Source of the DNA: the human T2T-CHM13v2.0 reference genome, Homo sapiens
Reading direction: 5' to 3' (one strand)
Length of the DNA stretch: 64,000 nucleotides
Assembly: GCF_009914755.1 (NCBI RefSeq)
Contig: NC_060942.1
Part shown: in pieces, positions 30,172-43,511 of the stretch
Position numbering within the stretch: the first letter of the stretch is position 1
How the letters are laid out: each line of letters begins with the position of its first letter
The notes under the pieces: generated by a model
Database searches by the model: none
The model's input: the letters and a program-made list of their open reading frames with translations, nothing else
What the model was told of the DNA's origin: nothing
Position numbers and translations under genes: made by a program

Positions 30172-32747
30172 TAAGATAGTTGTCTCTCCATGTGCAGAAA
30201 AATGAAACTGGACCCCTACCTTTCACCATATATTATACAATAATTAACTCAAGACGGACTAAAGATTTAAATGTAAGACCTCAAACTATAAGAATCCTAG
30301 AAGAAAACCTAGGAAACACCATTCTGGACATTGGCCTTCGGAAATAATTTATGGCTAAGTTCTCAAAAGCAATTTCAACAAAACAAAAAATTGACAAATG
30401 GGACCTAATTAAACTAAAGAGCTTCTATACTACAAAAAAAAAAAAAACTATCAGCAGAGTAAACAGACAGCCTACAGAGTGGGAGAAAATATTTGCAAAC
30501 TGTGCACCTAACAAAGGTCTAATATTCGGAATATATGAGGAACTTAAATAGTTCAGCAAGCAAAAAACAAATAACTCCATTAAAAAATGGGCAAAAGACA
30601 TGAACAGACACTTTGCAGAAGAAGACATACAAGTGGCCAACAAACGTATGAAAAAATGCTCCATATCACTAATCATCATAGAAATGCATGTCAAAACCAC
30701 AATGAGATATCATCTCACACCAGCTAGAATGGCTATTATTAAAAAGTCAAAAAACAACAAATGCTGCTCAGGTTGCAGAGAAAAGAGAACACTTACTTAT
30801 ACATTGCTGGTGGGGATGTAAATTATTTTAGCCACTATGGAAAGCAGTTTGGAGATTTCTCAAAGAAAACAAAACTACCATTCAACCCAGTAATCCTATT
30901 AATTGGCATATATCCAAAAGAAATAAATTATTTCATCAAAAGGTCACATGCACTCATATGTTCATTGGAGCATTATTTACAATAACAAAGACATGGAATC
31001 AACCTTGGTGCCTATCAGTGGTGGATTGGATAAAGAAAATGTGGTATATATACATGATGGAATATTACACAGACATAAAAAAGAATGAAATCATACCCTT
31101 TGCAGCAGCATGGATGCAGCTGGAGGTCATTATCCTAAGCAAATTAATGCAAAACCGGAAAACCAAACGCCACACGTTCTCACTTTCAAGTGGGAGTTAA
31201 ACATTGGGTACTCATGGACATAAAGGTGGAAACAATAGACACTGGGGACTACTAGAGGGGAGAGCGAAGAAGGGCGACAAGGGTCGAAAAACTAACTATT
31301 GGGTACTATGCTCAGTACCTGGGTGGCAGGATCAATCATACACCAAAGCTGAGCGCCATGCAATATATCCAGCTAACAAATCTGTACATGTACCCCCTGA
31401 ATCTAAAATTAGAGTTGAATTTTTTTTTTGGAAAAAGAATTTTAGGAAACTACCTACCTTCCCAACCCCTCTTTATTTCCAAATCTCTGCCCTTTTATGG
31501 TAATACAATGATCTGTAATTATTTTCCTTTACTCAATCCCATTTGTAAATGTTTTAGAGGAGAGAATAAATAATGGAAAAGGAAAATAAAAGAATATTTT
31601 GTAAATAATACTTCAATATAGCTGGAAAAAATTAGAGTATGTAGGGCCGCTTACAACAAAATTTATGACATTGTCTCATGGTATTTATAAAATGCATGTA
31701 AATATAATACATATGCAACAATAGCATAAAAAATAATACAATATTAACTCTAATTTGACTGTGAGACGTGAAGGATATATATTGTAGTCCCTAAAACAAC
31801 TGCTGACAAAATAATGCAAAGAGGTACAGCTAAAAGGCCAATAGATACTTCTAAAGGTAATTTTAAAAACATTCAAATAATCCAAAAAATAGATAAATGA
31901 AGGAACAGGGGATGAAGTGCATGCATGTGCGCAAGCACACACACACACAAAACCACATACACACACACCAGACACAAAAGGAAGGGGCAAGCAGAAAATA
32001 GATACAAATAGTGGTAGACCCAAATCCAGCTCTATAAAAAATACTCTAAATGTTAATGGACTAAACACTCCAATTCAAAGGCAGAAGCAATAAGAATGAA
32101 TAAAAAAGCAAGACTCAACTATATTGTTCACAAGTACTTACCTTTAAATATAAGGACAAGTTGAAAGTAAATGAATGGGAAAAAATATACTATGTAAACA
32201 ATAAACATTAGAAGGATAGAGTAAAAATATCAGGCAAAGTAAACTTTAAGACAAAGAGCATTAACACAAATAAAGACATTTCGTAATGCTAAGAGTAAAT
32301 TCATCAGGGAGACAGTAATCATAAGTGTGTTTGCATCTAACAATAGAGCTTTAAAATACATGAAGCAAAATTTGACAGAATTAGAGGGAAAAATAGACAA
32401 TTCTATGATCATAGTTGGAGATTTAAATACCATCCTATTGGCAATTTATAAAACTAGACAAAAACATCAACAATAACCATGAAAAATTGACAATTTAGAT
32501 TTTATCAAAATTAAAAACTTCTGCTCAAAACAAAACATGCTATTAAGAAAATGAATAGGCAAGTTACAGACAGAAAATATTCACAAAACATAAACCTGAC
32601 AAATGGTTGGTATCTGGGATATACAAAGAACTTCCACAGCTCAGTTATAAAAAAAAAAACCTCAAAAAAATTCAAAAGATTTGAATAGCTACTTGACAAA
32701 AGTAGATATATAAATGGCCAATAAATGTACATCAAAGAGCTTAACAA

Positions 32748-33111
<364 letters not shown>

Positions 33112-34297
33112 CTACTACATACTCCCCAGGATTGCTATTTTTTCCTCAGCTTTAAAGGATGACTATTATTAAAAAGGCTGACAACATCAAATTTTGGTGA
33201 GAATGTGGAATAACCACACCTATTCATCATTGTTGATAACAATGCAGAATGGTACAACTACTTTGGGAAAACGGCCATTTAAAAAAAATAAAGCTAAACA
33301 TACACCTATCCCATGACTCACAATTTCCACTCATAGGCATTTATTCATAAGAAATGGAAATGTTTGTTTTCAAAAAGTTTATAGTAGCTTTATGCAAATA
33401 CCCCCAACTAGAAATAGCCCAGGTGACCAACAATAGTAGAATGGATGAAGAAACTCAGGCATAACTATAGAATGGGACTCTGTGGAGCAACAGAGAGGAA
33501 GAAACTACTGATGGATGCAGCGACATGCAAGAATCTTAAAAACATTATGCTCAGTGAATGACGACTGAAAAAACACACACCCAAAAGTATCAGGGCCATT
33601 TAAATGAAATTCTGAAACAGGTAAAAGTAGTCCATAGTGGAGAAAGTCAGAAATGTGGTTGACTTTGAAGAGTTGATGATGGAGATTGACTGTGAAGGGG
33701 AAAGAGGAACTTTGGGGTAATGATATTGCTCTATATCTAGATAAGGAATTGGATTTCACAGATGTATGCATTTGTCTTGACTCAGTGGATGTACAATTAA
33801 TAGTTTTGCACTTATAAGTTTTTTGCACTTGTAAATTTTATAACAGAAGAAAAAAACTGTAAACAAATACTGAATTCCAGCTAGTTAAATGCATGGTGAA
33901 GTATTTAGGGGAAAGTGACTGATAGCTGCAATTTATTTTGAAATGCGTAAGAGATAAGATGAATTAGTGGATGGATAGAGGAATGGATGGATGGATAATT
34001 ATGTGATAAAGCAAATATGGTAAAATATTAATGGTAAATTGTAGGTGGGGGAGTGTAAAGGTGTTCACTGTAAAGTTGGGAATTTTTCAAGATAAAATGT
34101 TGAAAGAAAAGAGTAATGAAAGAAGAAAGCCAGGAGCACAACATTTTTGGATTGACTCCTTCTTGATTTCTTTTCCCTTAAATATTGATGCTCTTAACTA
34201 AGATTGAAGATTATCCCCATTGTTTGAGATGATGCATGAAGATACTTTATCTCCATGAACTAAAACAAAGTCTTTCACCTCTTCCACAGAGATGTGA

Positions 34298-34607
<310 letters not shown>

Positions 34608-35764
34608 TGATCTAAGTCTTAAACTCACTCCCTAGTTGTGTCGTTGTTATGTTGGTTTCACTATTTCCAGTCTAGTTAACCTGATGTCCTCTGTCTATGG
34701 TAAGAAACAGTGGCAAACAACAGATTTGAGGGTTAATTGACATCGGATGGGAAGGTGGGCCACAGCTGTTTCTGATTTACCCACCATGTTTATGCATGTA
34801 AATTTCAAGTCACAGAAGTGGCCAATGTGGTTTTAGACCTCAACATTAAAGTGAATTCAGATTTTAGCCTATGGGAAAATGAGCGGTAATAAAGAAAAGT
34901 CTGTAGTTAATAAAATTATCTAAAACAGGAGAGGATACAGAATGGGTCTTTGTTCTCCCTCTGTGTTTCTGTGCAGACTTTTGTGTGGGTCAAATTGTGT
35001 TTTTGTTCTTGTTAACTTCTTATTGCCTTTCTTTTCATTAGTGAAAGAACATTGTCCTCCTAATTATTCCCAAGTTAGAGCAAAAGAGGCAGAAATGAGC
35101 TAGATCCATAGTTTTGGAAACTGATGATGCATGTTGGGTAATTTAATTATGTGGCAATTACAAGGATTAACCATGAACTGGAAAGAGCTGCCTAGTATTG
35201 TACTTTAAAATGAGCTCCGTGTATGAGACTCATGCCTCCATTTTCCATTCATGAAACAGAGGTATTCAGAAAAGGGTTTTATGACTAAAGCACAGATAAA
35301 ATTAGAACGAAGAGAGACAAGGATCTGTATATGTTATTCCTTCCAAAATTGGAGAAGGTGTAAATGCACACATGACCCTTGGGTTAAACTGTGCGATTCA
35401 TTATCCATTCGTCAGTTCTTCTGAATGAGGCTACGAGAACAGTCCTCTTCAGTGTTTTCTCACTCACATGTCAGGTGCTTCATTAAAGCAAATTCTTCGA
35501 TCAAGGATAAAGCCTGGGCTTGTCCAGTTGATGGAATGTTTCCTTTCCTCTCCCAATAAGAAAAAAATTCCAGAGCCAAGATTAAGCCAATCCTATGGTA
35601 AATTTTGGTCAAGGTCAAGATTAATGCTTTTTTAAATTATTATTTCAGTGACTTCAAAATTACAATTGTATATGACAGAATTATTCCTCTGGGTGAGTAG
35701 CACAAAATAAGGAGAATCGTCTTCCCCAGAACCCTTCCTTTAAGTTTCTTTTGTTTCTTTCTAG

Positions 35765-35855
35765 CACAACACAGCTGGAGTAAACTGTGAACAGTGTGCT
35801 AAGGGCTATTACCGCCCTTATGGGGTTCCAGTGGATGCCCCTGATGGCTGCATCC
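35765..35855 (+). CDS. LAMA3: Laminin alpha-3 exon 9, second half of LE2
   Basis: tttctag| ... |gtaagt; 91 nt; HNTAGVNCEQCAKGYYRPYGVPVDAPDGCI. Confidence 0.97.
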
Positions 35856-36049
35856 GTAAGTTTCATTTCAAGTTGGTGTATCTTAGCCTGTGTGTACTGC
35901 CTCAGCGAAGTCATCAGGCTAACTTTGGATCAGTTAATAACTTCCTTCATGCCCTCTCTCTTCAGAGTATTAGTTGTGCTCGCTATGTGACCTCAGTCAC
36001 TTACACAGTCTCTTTGAATTTTGGATTTATTGCATGTAAATGGAAATGA
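35856..36049 (+). CDS. LAMA3: Intron-9 read-through extension (exon 9e) giving the unique C-terminus of the LaNt alpha31 / LAMA3LN1 isoform
   Basis: Frame stays open for 64 codons from the last base of exon 9 (RKFHFK...IACKWK) to TGA at 36047-36049, followed by a poly(A) signal; matches the known intron-9 retention isoform. Confidence 0.85.
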
Positions 36050-36150
36050 TAATGTATTTCATAAGATTAAATAAAATGCAATCAAAAGCATGTAGGAAAA
36101 TACTTACCATTGGGCCTGTCACATATTAGGCCTGTGATAAATGTTAGTTT
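35982..36150 (+). mobile_element. Degenerate MIR overlapping the exon-9e stop and poly(A) signal
   Basis: Colinear with the MIR consensus as recalled: gctatgtgacct..agtcactta..tctct..tgtaaatggaaatgataat..gattaaat..gcatgta..gcctgtcacata..ataaatgttag. Confidence 0.7.
36066..36075 (+). terminator. Intronic polyadenylation signal (overlapping ATTAAA and AATAAA)
   Basis: gATTAAATAAAa about 20 nt after the exon-9e stop codon. Confidence 0.7.
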
Positions 36151-36206
36151 CTCCATTTTCTGTTGTTTTGACATGTTTCTATGATCTCTAATAATTTCAA
36201 TTTTTG

Positions 36207-36508
36207 GGCTGGAGGCAGTGGCTCAGGCCTGTAATCCCAGGACTTTGGGAGGCTGAGGCAGGTGGATCACTTGAGGCCAAGAGGTCAAGACAAGCCTGGT
36301 CAACATGGTGAAAAACCCTGTCTCTACTAAATAGAAAAAAATTAGCCAGGTGTGGTGGTGCTCACCCGTAATCCTAGTTACTCTGGAGGTGGAGGCATGA
36401 GAATTGCTTGAACCCAGGAGGCGGAGGTTGCAGTGAGCCAAGATCACGCCACTGCACTCCAGCCTGGATGACAGAGTGAGACTCTGTCTCAGAAGCAACA
36501 ACAACAAC
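36207..36508 (+). mobile_element. AluS
   Basis: Alu consensus with a (CAA)n tail. Confidence 0.9.
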
Positions 36509-38059
36509 TTGAATTAGAACAAGACAACACAGTAATGAGTTCATAAGGATTTAATAATAGTCACATTGTTTAAAATAGCTAATATTTGTTGAGTACTTGC
36601 CATATATGAGGCATTACCTAAATACTTTCACAAAGGTCTTGTTTAATTATTACAACAAATAGGACATTGTATTATTGTCCTCATTTTTAGATACGGAGAA
36701 ACCAAACAGTCTGAGTAGTTATATATAATTTAGGCTAGGTGACAAAACCGCTAACTGCTAGATCCAGGATATAGTTCTTTTCTGTCTGACATGACTGTGC
36801 CATAACTCTTCTATTATACAGAAGAATGCCTCTAGTTTTTCCTTGTAGAATTATGAATCTTGGGTCAGATTTACAGACTTTTCCCTACATGTGCAACCTA
36901 TACCCTATTCAATGCTTGGTTCTTTTAAGTTGTCTGGTTGTCACAGTTGGAAAGCAATTCCAGTCCTGAAGTCAATCCTGTGCCCACTCCATGATTAATC
37001 ATACCATTAACATTTGTGGGTATTAAAGTCCAGGGAATATGTAGATGGATTTACTTCTCTCTAGGGCATTCTTAGTTGTTAAAAAAAATGTGTTTTCACT
37101 TTTCTTCCTTCTTCCACATCATGCTGCAAAGTATGTCTATCACCTGTCTTGTGCCTACAAAGAATAGGCATTGGGAAAGGAAAACAGGACATTGCCAATG
37201 TAATTGTACCTCATTAGGAGCCTCACTGTTTCATCACCTTTCTAGTTTTTTCATCATTGAAGTGGTCCACAGAGGTATTAGAGGCTTGGCGTAAAGGATC
37301 AGTAGGACACATGAATCCTAACTAAATTAAGCAAAGGACACCAGGATGCCAGGTCACCCAGGTCTTTACAGGAGATGTATTCAGATGAGCTGTGACAGTA
37401 TTTTCCCTGTCCAGGGTGCACCTGCCAGGTCAAGGGAGGCCCCCAAGTGGGAGGTCGACAATCTTCTTATACTTGCACTATGCCTTACTCCAGTGCAAGC
37501 CTGATAATCGTGCCCGATAATCGTTTTTGGTTGCAAAAGCTGCCTTCAGTAAGCCATTTCACTCAGATTAACATTTTTTTTATGGGTCTTGGTCTGCTGT
37601 CCACAGACTCTATCTCCATGTCTAGGCACTCCACACTTGCATCTGTATCATAACTGTGTATTGATGACCACTTTGTGGGCATTCACAGTTGGTTCATAGC
37701 TAGAAAGGGCTGTGCCCAACAGAACTAAGGCAAATACCCCCACCCCCACCCCCAACCCCTCTGACTGTAGCATGCAGGCTTTGCCTCTGACTCAGTGAGC
37801 TGGGCAATGCTCAGTGGGATAAATGACATCCATGAGAACTTCTGTGTGGACGCTCATTACAGCTGATCTCTGACAGCTCACGAGCTTCGGGCAGTGAGAA
37901 CCATCAATCAGGTGTGAGGTGGGAAATAGGCTGTGCCCTTTCAAGAATACCTATAGACCAAGGATCAAGTATGGAACGTTGCCTGGGAAGTGTTGGAACA
38001 TATTTGCTTTGTTAAGTGCAGTGAAGGACGGATCCTTTGAAAACTGGGATTTCTCTTAG

Positions 38060-38191
38060 CCTGCAGCTGTGACCCTGAGCATGCGGATGGCTGTGAACAG
38101 GGTTCAGGCCGCTGTCACTGCAAGCCAAATTTCCACGGAGACAACTGTGAGAAGTGTGCAATTGGATACTACAATTTCCCATTTTGCTTGA
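38060..38191 (+). CDS. LAMA3: Laminin alpha-3 exon 10, LE3
   Basis: ctcttag| ... |gtaagt; 132 nt, phase 1-1; (P)CSCDPEHADGCEQGSGRCHCKPNFHGDNCEKCAIGYYNFPFCL. Confidence 0.97.
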   Translation, partial: PAAVTLSMRMAVNRVQAAVTASQISTETTVRSVQLDTTISHFA

Positions 38192-38946
38192 GTAAGTACC
38201 CACTGCAGAACAAGAGGCCACCCTTTTTGGTCCATAGCTGGCTTTTGTGCACTAACCTCTGAGGCATGGTGGACAGGTAGGGAAGGAGAGACAGAAATGG
38301 GGCCAGGTGGGTTGTATTTATGTAAAAGTGTTTCTGAAAGTTTGGAATATAAATTTTATATTGGTACATTTTACAGTCTTATTTATCTCCAAAGTGTTAT
38401 GTTGTGCCACAGAAATTGCCATCTCAGTAGGTCAAAAAGTCAAACATTGGCAATTTTAACTTAATAATCCATGTGTGTGATTTTTCCTCCTAAATGTAGG
38501 AGAAATATCATGGGCTTCCAGATATTTATCTGCATGCATATAGTGTGTGTTGTGTTTCAGGAGCCCAGGGAAACGTTTCCTCTCTCCTGCTGTACAAGAG
38601 GCCAAGTTATAAGCACCCAGACTCCACCCCACGGCAGTGATCTAAGTGAACATCTCAGCATCACCAAGAGAAAAAAATACATATCTGTCAGAAACACTGT
38701 AGAGCATGAAACAGGAGAATCTGTGAAACCAGCTATGCGAACTGTGATGAGTGTTGGCTCTGTTTGTTGTGCAGCAGTGAGAAAACTGCACTTTGGGGTT
38801 AGGACAAAGAAACACTGTCACAAGGAGAGCCTGTCTCTCTGTATCACTCTATCAGATGTTTCCTGGCCCCACCCTCCTGACTCCTGCAGAGCCATCATAG
38901 GAAAAGCATATTGAGTTGTGGGGACATGGGGGCAGGACTCACATGA

Positions 38947-39444
<498 letters not shown>

Positions 39445-39824
39445 TAGTTTTATGGCATAAACAAAATGTCAGGAGAAAAAAATGAAAGAAAATATTTCTT
39501 TAAAGCTTTGATTTTATGTTAAAAAAAAAAACAATAAAAAAGCTAAGGAAGCCAAACTCATCCCTGCTCAGGCTGAGACTTAGCTATTGTGAGCACGAAA
39601 CATTCATTTCTGTTCATCGTTATACAAATGGGAATGTCTGGCCAGTCTGGTTTCAGTTACTAAACACATTTGAGATATAGCAATATCGCCTTTCTTTAAA
39701 TTAGTCTCTATATGCTACTTTTCACTAAGTGACAGAGGGTGTCTTCCTAGTTAGTACAACTTAATGTTTTACTTTACTATCTCCTTAATCATCCTCTGTA
39801 TTTTTTAATAAACTATTTTTACAG

Positions 39825-39887
39825 GAATTCCCATTTTTCCTGTTTCTACACCAAGTTCAGAAGATCCAGTAGCTGGAGATATAAAAG
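39825..39887 (+). CDS. LAMA3: Laminin alpha-3 exon 11, inter-LE linker; GC donor
   Basis: tttttacag| ... AAG|gcaagt; 63 nt, phase 1-1; (R)IPIFPVSTPSSEDPVAGDIK. Confidence 0.9.
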
Positions 39888-40489
39888 GCAAGTAACCTCC
39901 CTTTTGGTTTAACTCCAGTGAAAATGTTATGCCCTTATTCTTTTCCTACTTCCTGTGTGCACTGCCACATCCAAGGCCAAGTCTCCCTTCCTAGAGCATG
40001 GTAGGTGCCTTGCAGGTGTCTCCTAGTTGACCTACTCCCCACCCATCAGTCCCCACTCCAGCCTGTCTTTTACAAGGGCACTACCTGACGTAGGAAACTG
40101 TGCAGAGCTTGTATTAGATATCACCAGCTTGCTCAAAGACCTTCAATGGCAGCCAGTGGTCTGTTGTCTTTTTTGAGTTCCCCGAAAACAGACCCTGAAA
40201 AAGGAATGGAGAGCAAGTCATTTATTTGGGAGGTGATCCCAGGAAGGGAGAGAGTCAGGGAGTGAAGGGAACCATGATAAAGGTGCAATGGCAGGTAATG
40301 GCAGTTATCTGCCATTAGTGGAGGCATTAATGCTTCTGGGGCATTCACCCTCTGGCACTTACAGCTTGGCCTTCAGGAAGGCTGAGGAGCTTCTGCAGTC
40401 CCAAAACAAGCCCCTGGCAGAGAGTAGCAGTGGTGTGCAGTAAGCTGTCTCTGAGGGTGAAGGGGTGAGTACTAGAGGATGTGGGTGTT

Positions 40490-43340
40490 ACATTTACCAA
40501 ATCATTTGTTCCATAAATATTTTAAAATTCCCTGTTATGTGCAAAGTACCATTCTGGCTGCTGGGGACTTAGCAGAGAACAGAACAGAAAAAATTCCCAG
40601 CTTTCTTGGAGCTTATATTCCTGTGGAGAAACCCAGATAATAACATACATAATATAGAAACCCAAGCAAGGAAAATAGCTAATTCATTAGACTGTGAGAG
40701 GCAGAGTTGTATTCTGAACATGGGTGCCACTTTTAAGGGGGAGCCATTCACATCATAGGCATAAACTAACTCATGTGAGAAGATTCCAGGCCTCTGCGCT
40801 GGGTTCCAGAGCCATGGGGAGTTTCTTACATAAACCCATCACGGCATCCACAGGGAGGCACAGGTTCTCAGAAGGGCACGCCTGCACCAAAGGAAGGGCA
40901 CAGCACACGCACACAGCCCACGACTGGGCACCATCGGACTCATGCTCACATCTCCTGAGTTTGCCTCTCCTACCCCAGGGCGCCAGCAGAGGCCTGGTGG
41001 TCACTGGGGAGGAGGTAGTGCCAGTCATGTGTGAGCACGAGTGCCCCTCCTCCTGCAGCGCCACGGTGTGGGCCAGCAGAGAAGATGGTTTCTGAAGAGC
41101 TCTCCTTGGCAGTGAAGTTCAGGCTCTACAGCAACATAGTAACTCAGGTATGGACTGGAGGCAGCCTTGGTGATAAGCGCTGCTGAAAAAACAAGACAGA
41201 GAGGAGGTTAGGGAATGTGAGGTTTACAGATTTAAATTAGAGCAGTCAGAGAAGGCCTCACTGAAGCAGGTATAGGAAAGAGCAAGTGCAAAGTCCCTGG
41301 GGCAGGGGCAGCCCTGGGCCAAGGGTGTTCAGTGAACAAAAAGAGACCAGGTGTGTGAAAGTGGAGTGAGGGAAGGTGAGACTGGTAGGAAGGGAAGGCA
41401 TCAGGGGCTGGATGGAGGCCCTCGTCAGCCACTAGAGAGGCCTTCTCTTTTACTCAAAATGAGACAGGAGCCATGGAGAGTTTTGCACAGAGAAATGATG
41501 TTATATAGAAGGCTCTTTGGGTCTACTGTATTGAAAGAAAATCTCAGGAGAAGAGAAGAGAAGAGAAGAAGCAAGGGGGCCTGATGGGAAGTTTTTCCAT
41601 AATCCATGAGGAAGAGATGATGGTGGTTCAGACCCAGGTGGTGTCAGCGGAGGTGACAGCAGTGGACAGACTGTGGATATCATCGGAAGGTAGAACCAAC
41701 AGGATTTGCTGAGGGATTGCTAGACCGGAAGTAGAATATTAGAGAAAGAGAGGGCTCTGGGGTGACTCCAAGGCTTTTCGGCTGAGCAGTTAGAAGGAAG
41801 AAGTTGCTCTTTGTTGAGAGGGAAAGATTAAAACAAGAGAAAGCAGAATACATGGGCCAGAGGCGGGGTGGGTGGGGGCAGTGGTGGGAGCTCGTGGATG
41901 TTCTCTTCTGGCTGTTTTTGAAAGTTTTCTCTGTGGAATAACAAACAAGGTCAGAGCAAGAAGCAAGAGAGGAGGGCTCGGGGTTGAGTAGGGAGAAGGT
42001 ATGAGAGTCATCCAGGAATGTGGGTGGGAGGATGGGCTTGGGAAAGTCATGGGATTGCTGGGTGGCACCAAAGGCCCCCTGGAGGTCAGTTATAACAGGA
42101 CCTCAGTTACCTTCCTGACGTCATTCCCTGCTTCTGCCCTACCCACACTCCTCCTCAGTCTAACCATGGTGCTGTGCATTATTGCACTGTGTGTGGGACT
42201 GTCTCATGTCAGATACTGGGCCACTTGAGGACAGCAGCTCTACAGGATGGGGCAGTCACGTTGGCTTAGAGACCTGCCCGCTAAGACTCAGAGAGGGCCA
42301 GGCACATTCTGATAGCTCAGTTTGGAGGCTCTGCATAGATGCCAGTAACGGAGAATTTAAGGAATGGTGACTACTGAGGAGAATTGCAGTCTTGAATACT
42401 TAGCATATTCTTCATTCATTAAACTTTTATTAAGTGCCTGTGCTGTGCTAGTCACTGCCAGGCAGCTGCCTGATACATGGTTCCTCCTGCCTGGGAGCTC
42501 CCAGTCTGAGACAGAAAGGTCAACAGTTCTAATGGCAGGAGTTAAGTGCCATGAGAGCATATGGGAGGGGCAGCCTTACAGCCAGGGTGAAGGAAAGAAG
42601 GAAGGAAGAAGGAAGGGAGGGAGGGAGGGGAGAAAGGAGAGAGACAGAAGTGCTGGAAGGGCTTCCCCAGAGCAGCAGGAGGAGGTATCTGAGCTGAGTC
42701 TTGGAGTGTGAAGAGGAGTCAGCCAGGCAGAGGGGCAGGGAAGAGAAGCCGTGGGGCTAGGAGAGAGGGGATGGCAGACAGGTCATTAAGGCTGAAGCAT
42801 GGGATAGAGAGAGGAAGTTCAAGGAGAGGACCTAGAGGAATAAGAAAAGACCTGAGCGGGCAGCCAGCTCAGATGTGTAGGTTTGCAAGGCACAGCTGTG
42901 CCTCATCTAAGGGGCATCACAATCATGGAAGACATTGCAGATTTGCATATTGATGATGATGATTTTATAGCAGGTGACAGGAAAGCATCTTGAGGAAGGG
43001 GCACCTTTTTCTAATTTGCACAAAGATGCCCCATGGGTTGCTGATAGCTTGGAAAATGTTGAAGGATCTATTCTGTCACATGTGAAGGACTTCGTATTCT
43101 GTCCTGCAGGCATTGGGTCACTGTCAAGGGATTTAAAACTGGGAAGTGATATGAAAAGGTTGATATTTTTGAAATATCACTCTTGACACCAGCATGGAGA
43201 ATGAATTAGAAGGAGCAAGATAGGAAGCAGAGAGCCTCCTTAGGAAGTTCTCAAAATAATCCAGGTAAACAAAGATGAGGTCTGGAACTCTGGCAGTAGA
43301 GACGGACTCAAGGGATTTTCTTGAGATATAATCACTGTGA
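40490..43340 (-). mobile_element. Fragmented L2 elements with nested pieces
   Basis: L2 3' motifs (ttcattcatt..tattaagtgcct..tgtgctag; ggagccatggagagtttt; gactccaaggctttt). Confidence 0.55.
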
Positions 43341-43387
43341 CTTCGTAATGAGGTGTGGGATGTTCTTTCTTTTTCTATTTTAATCAG

Positions 43388-43411
43388 AATTCTTTGAGCC
43401 TCAATGCCAAG
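43388..43411 (+). pseudogene. Remnant of the 3' end of an LE exon; candidate 24-nt microexon (EFFEPQCQ)
   Basis: Long pyrimidine tract plus CAG|, 24 nt, then CAAG|gtaaag; peptide resembles the LE terminus GFYGPGCQ. Confidence 0.6.
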
Positions 43412-43511
43412 GTAAAGTCCAAGTTTTTCACTGAATCTCAATACTTCGTTTAACGCCAAGACTGTAATTCACGGTAAAAACGTTCCCTTTCCCTGTGACA
43501 TTCGTTCTCAG

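Noticed and set aside
39896-43360. Search for the 5' part of the first fossil LE exon
   Set aside because: No convincing LE pattern found by eye; the region is mostly L2, LTR and MITE debris.
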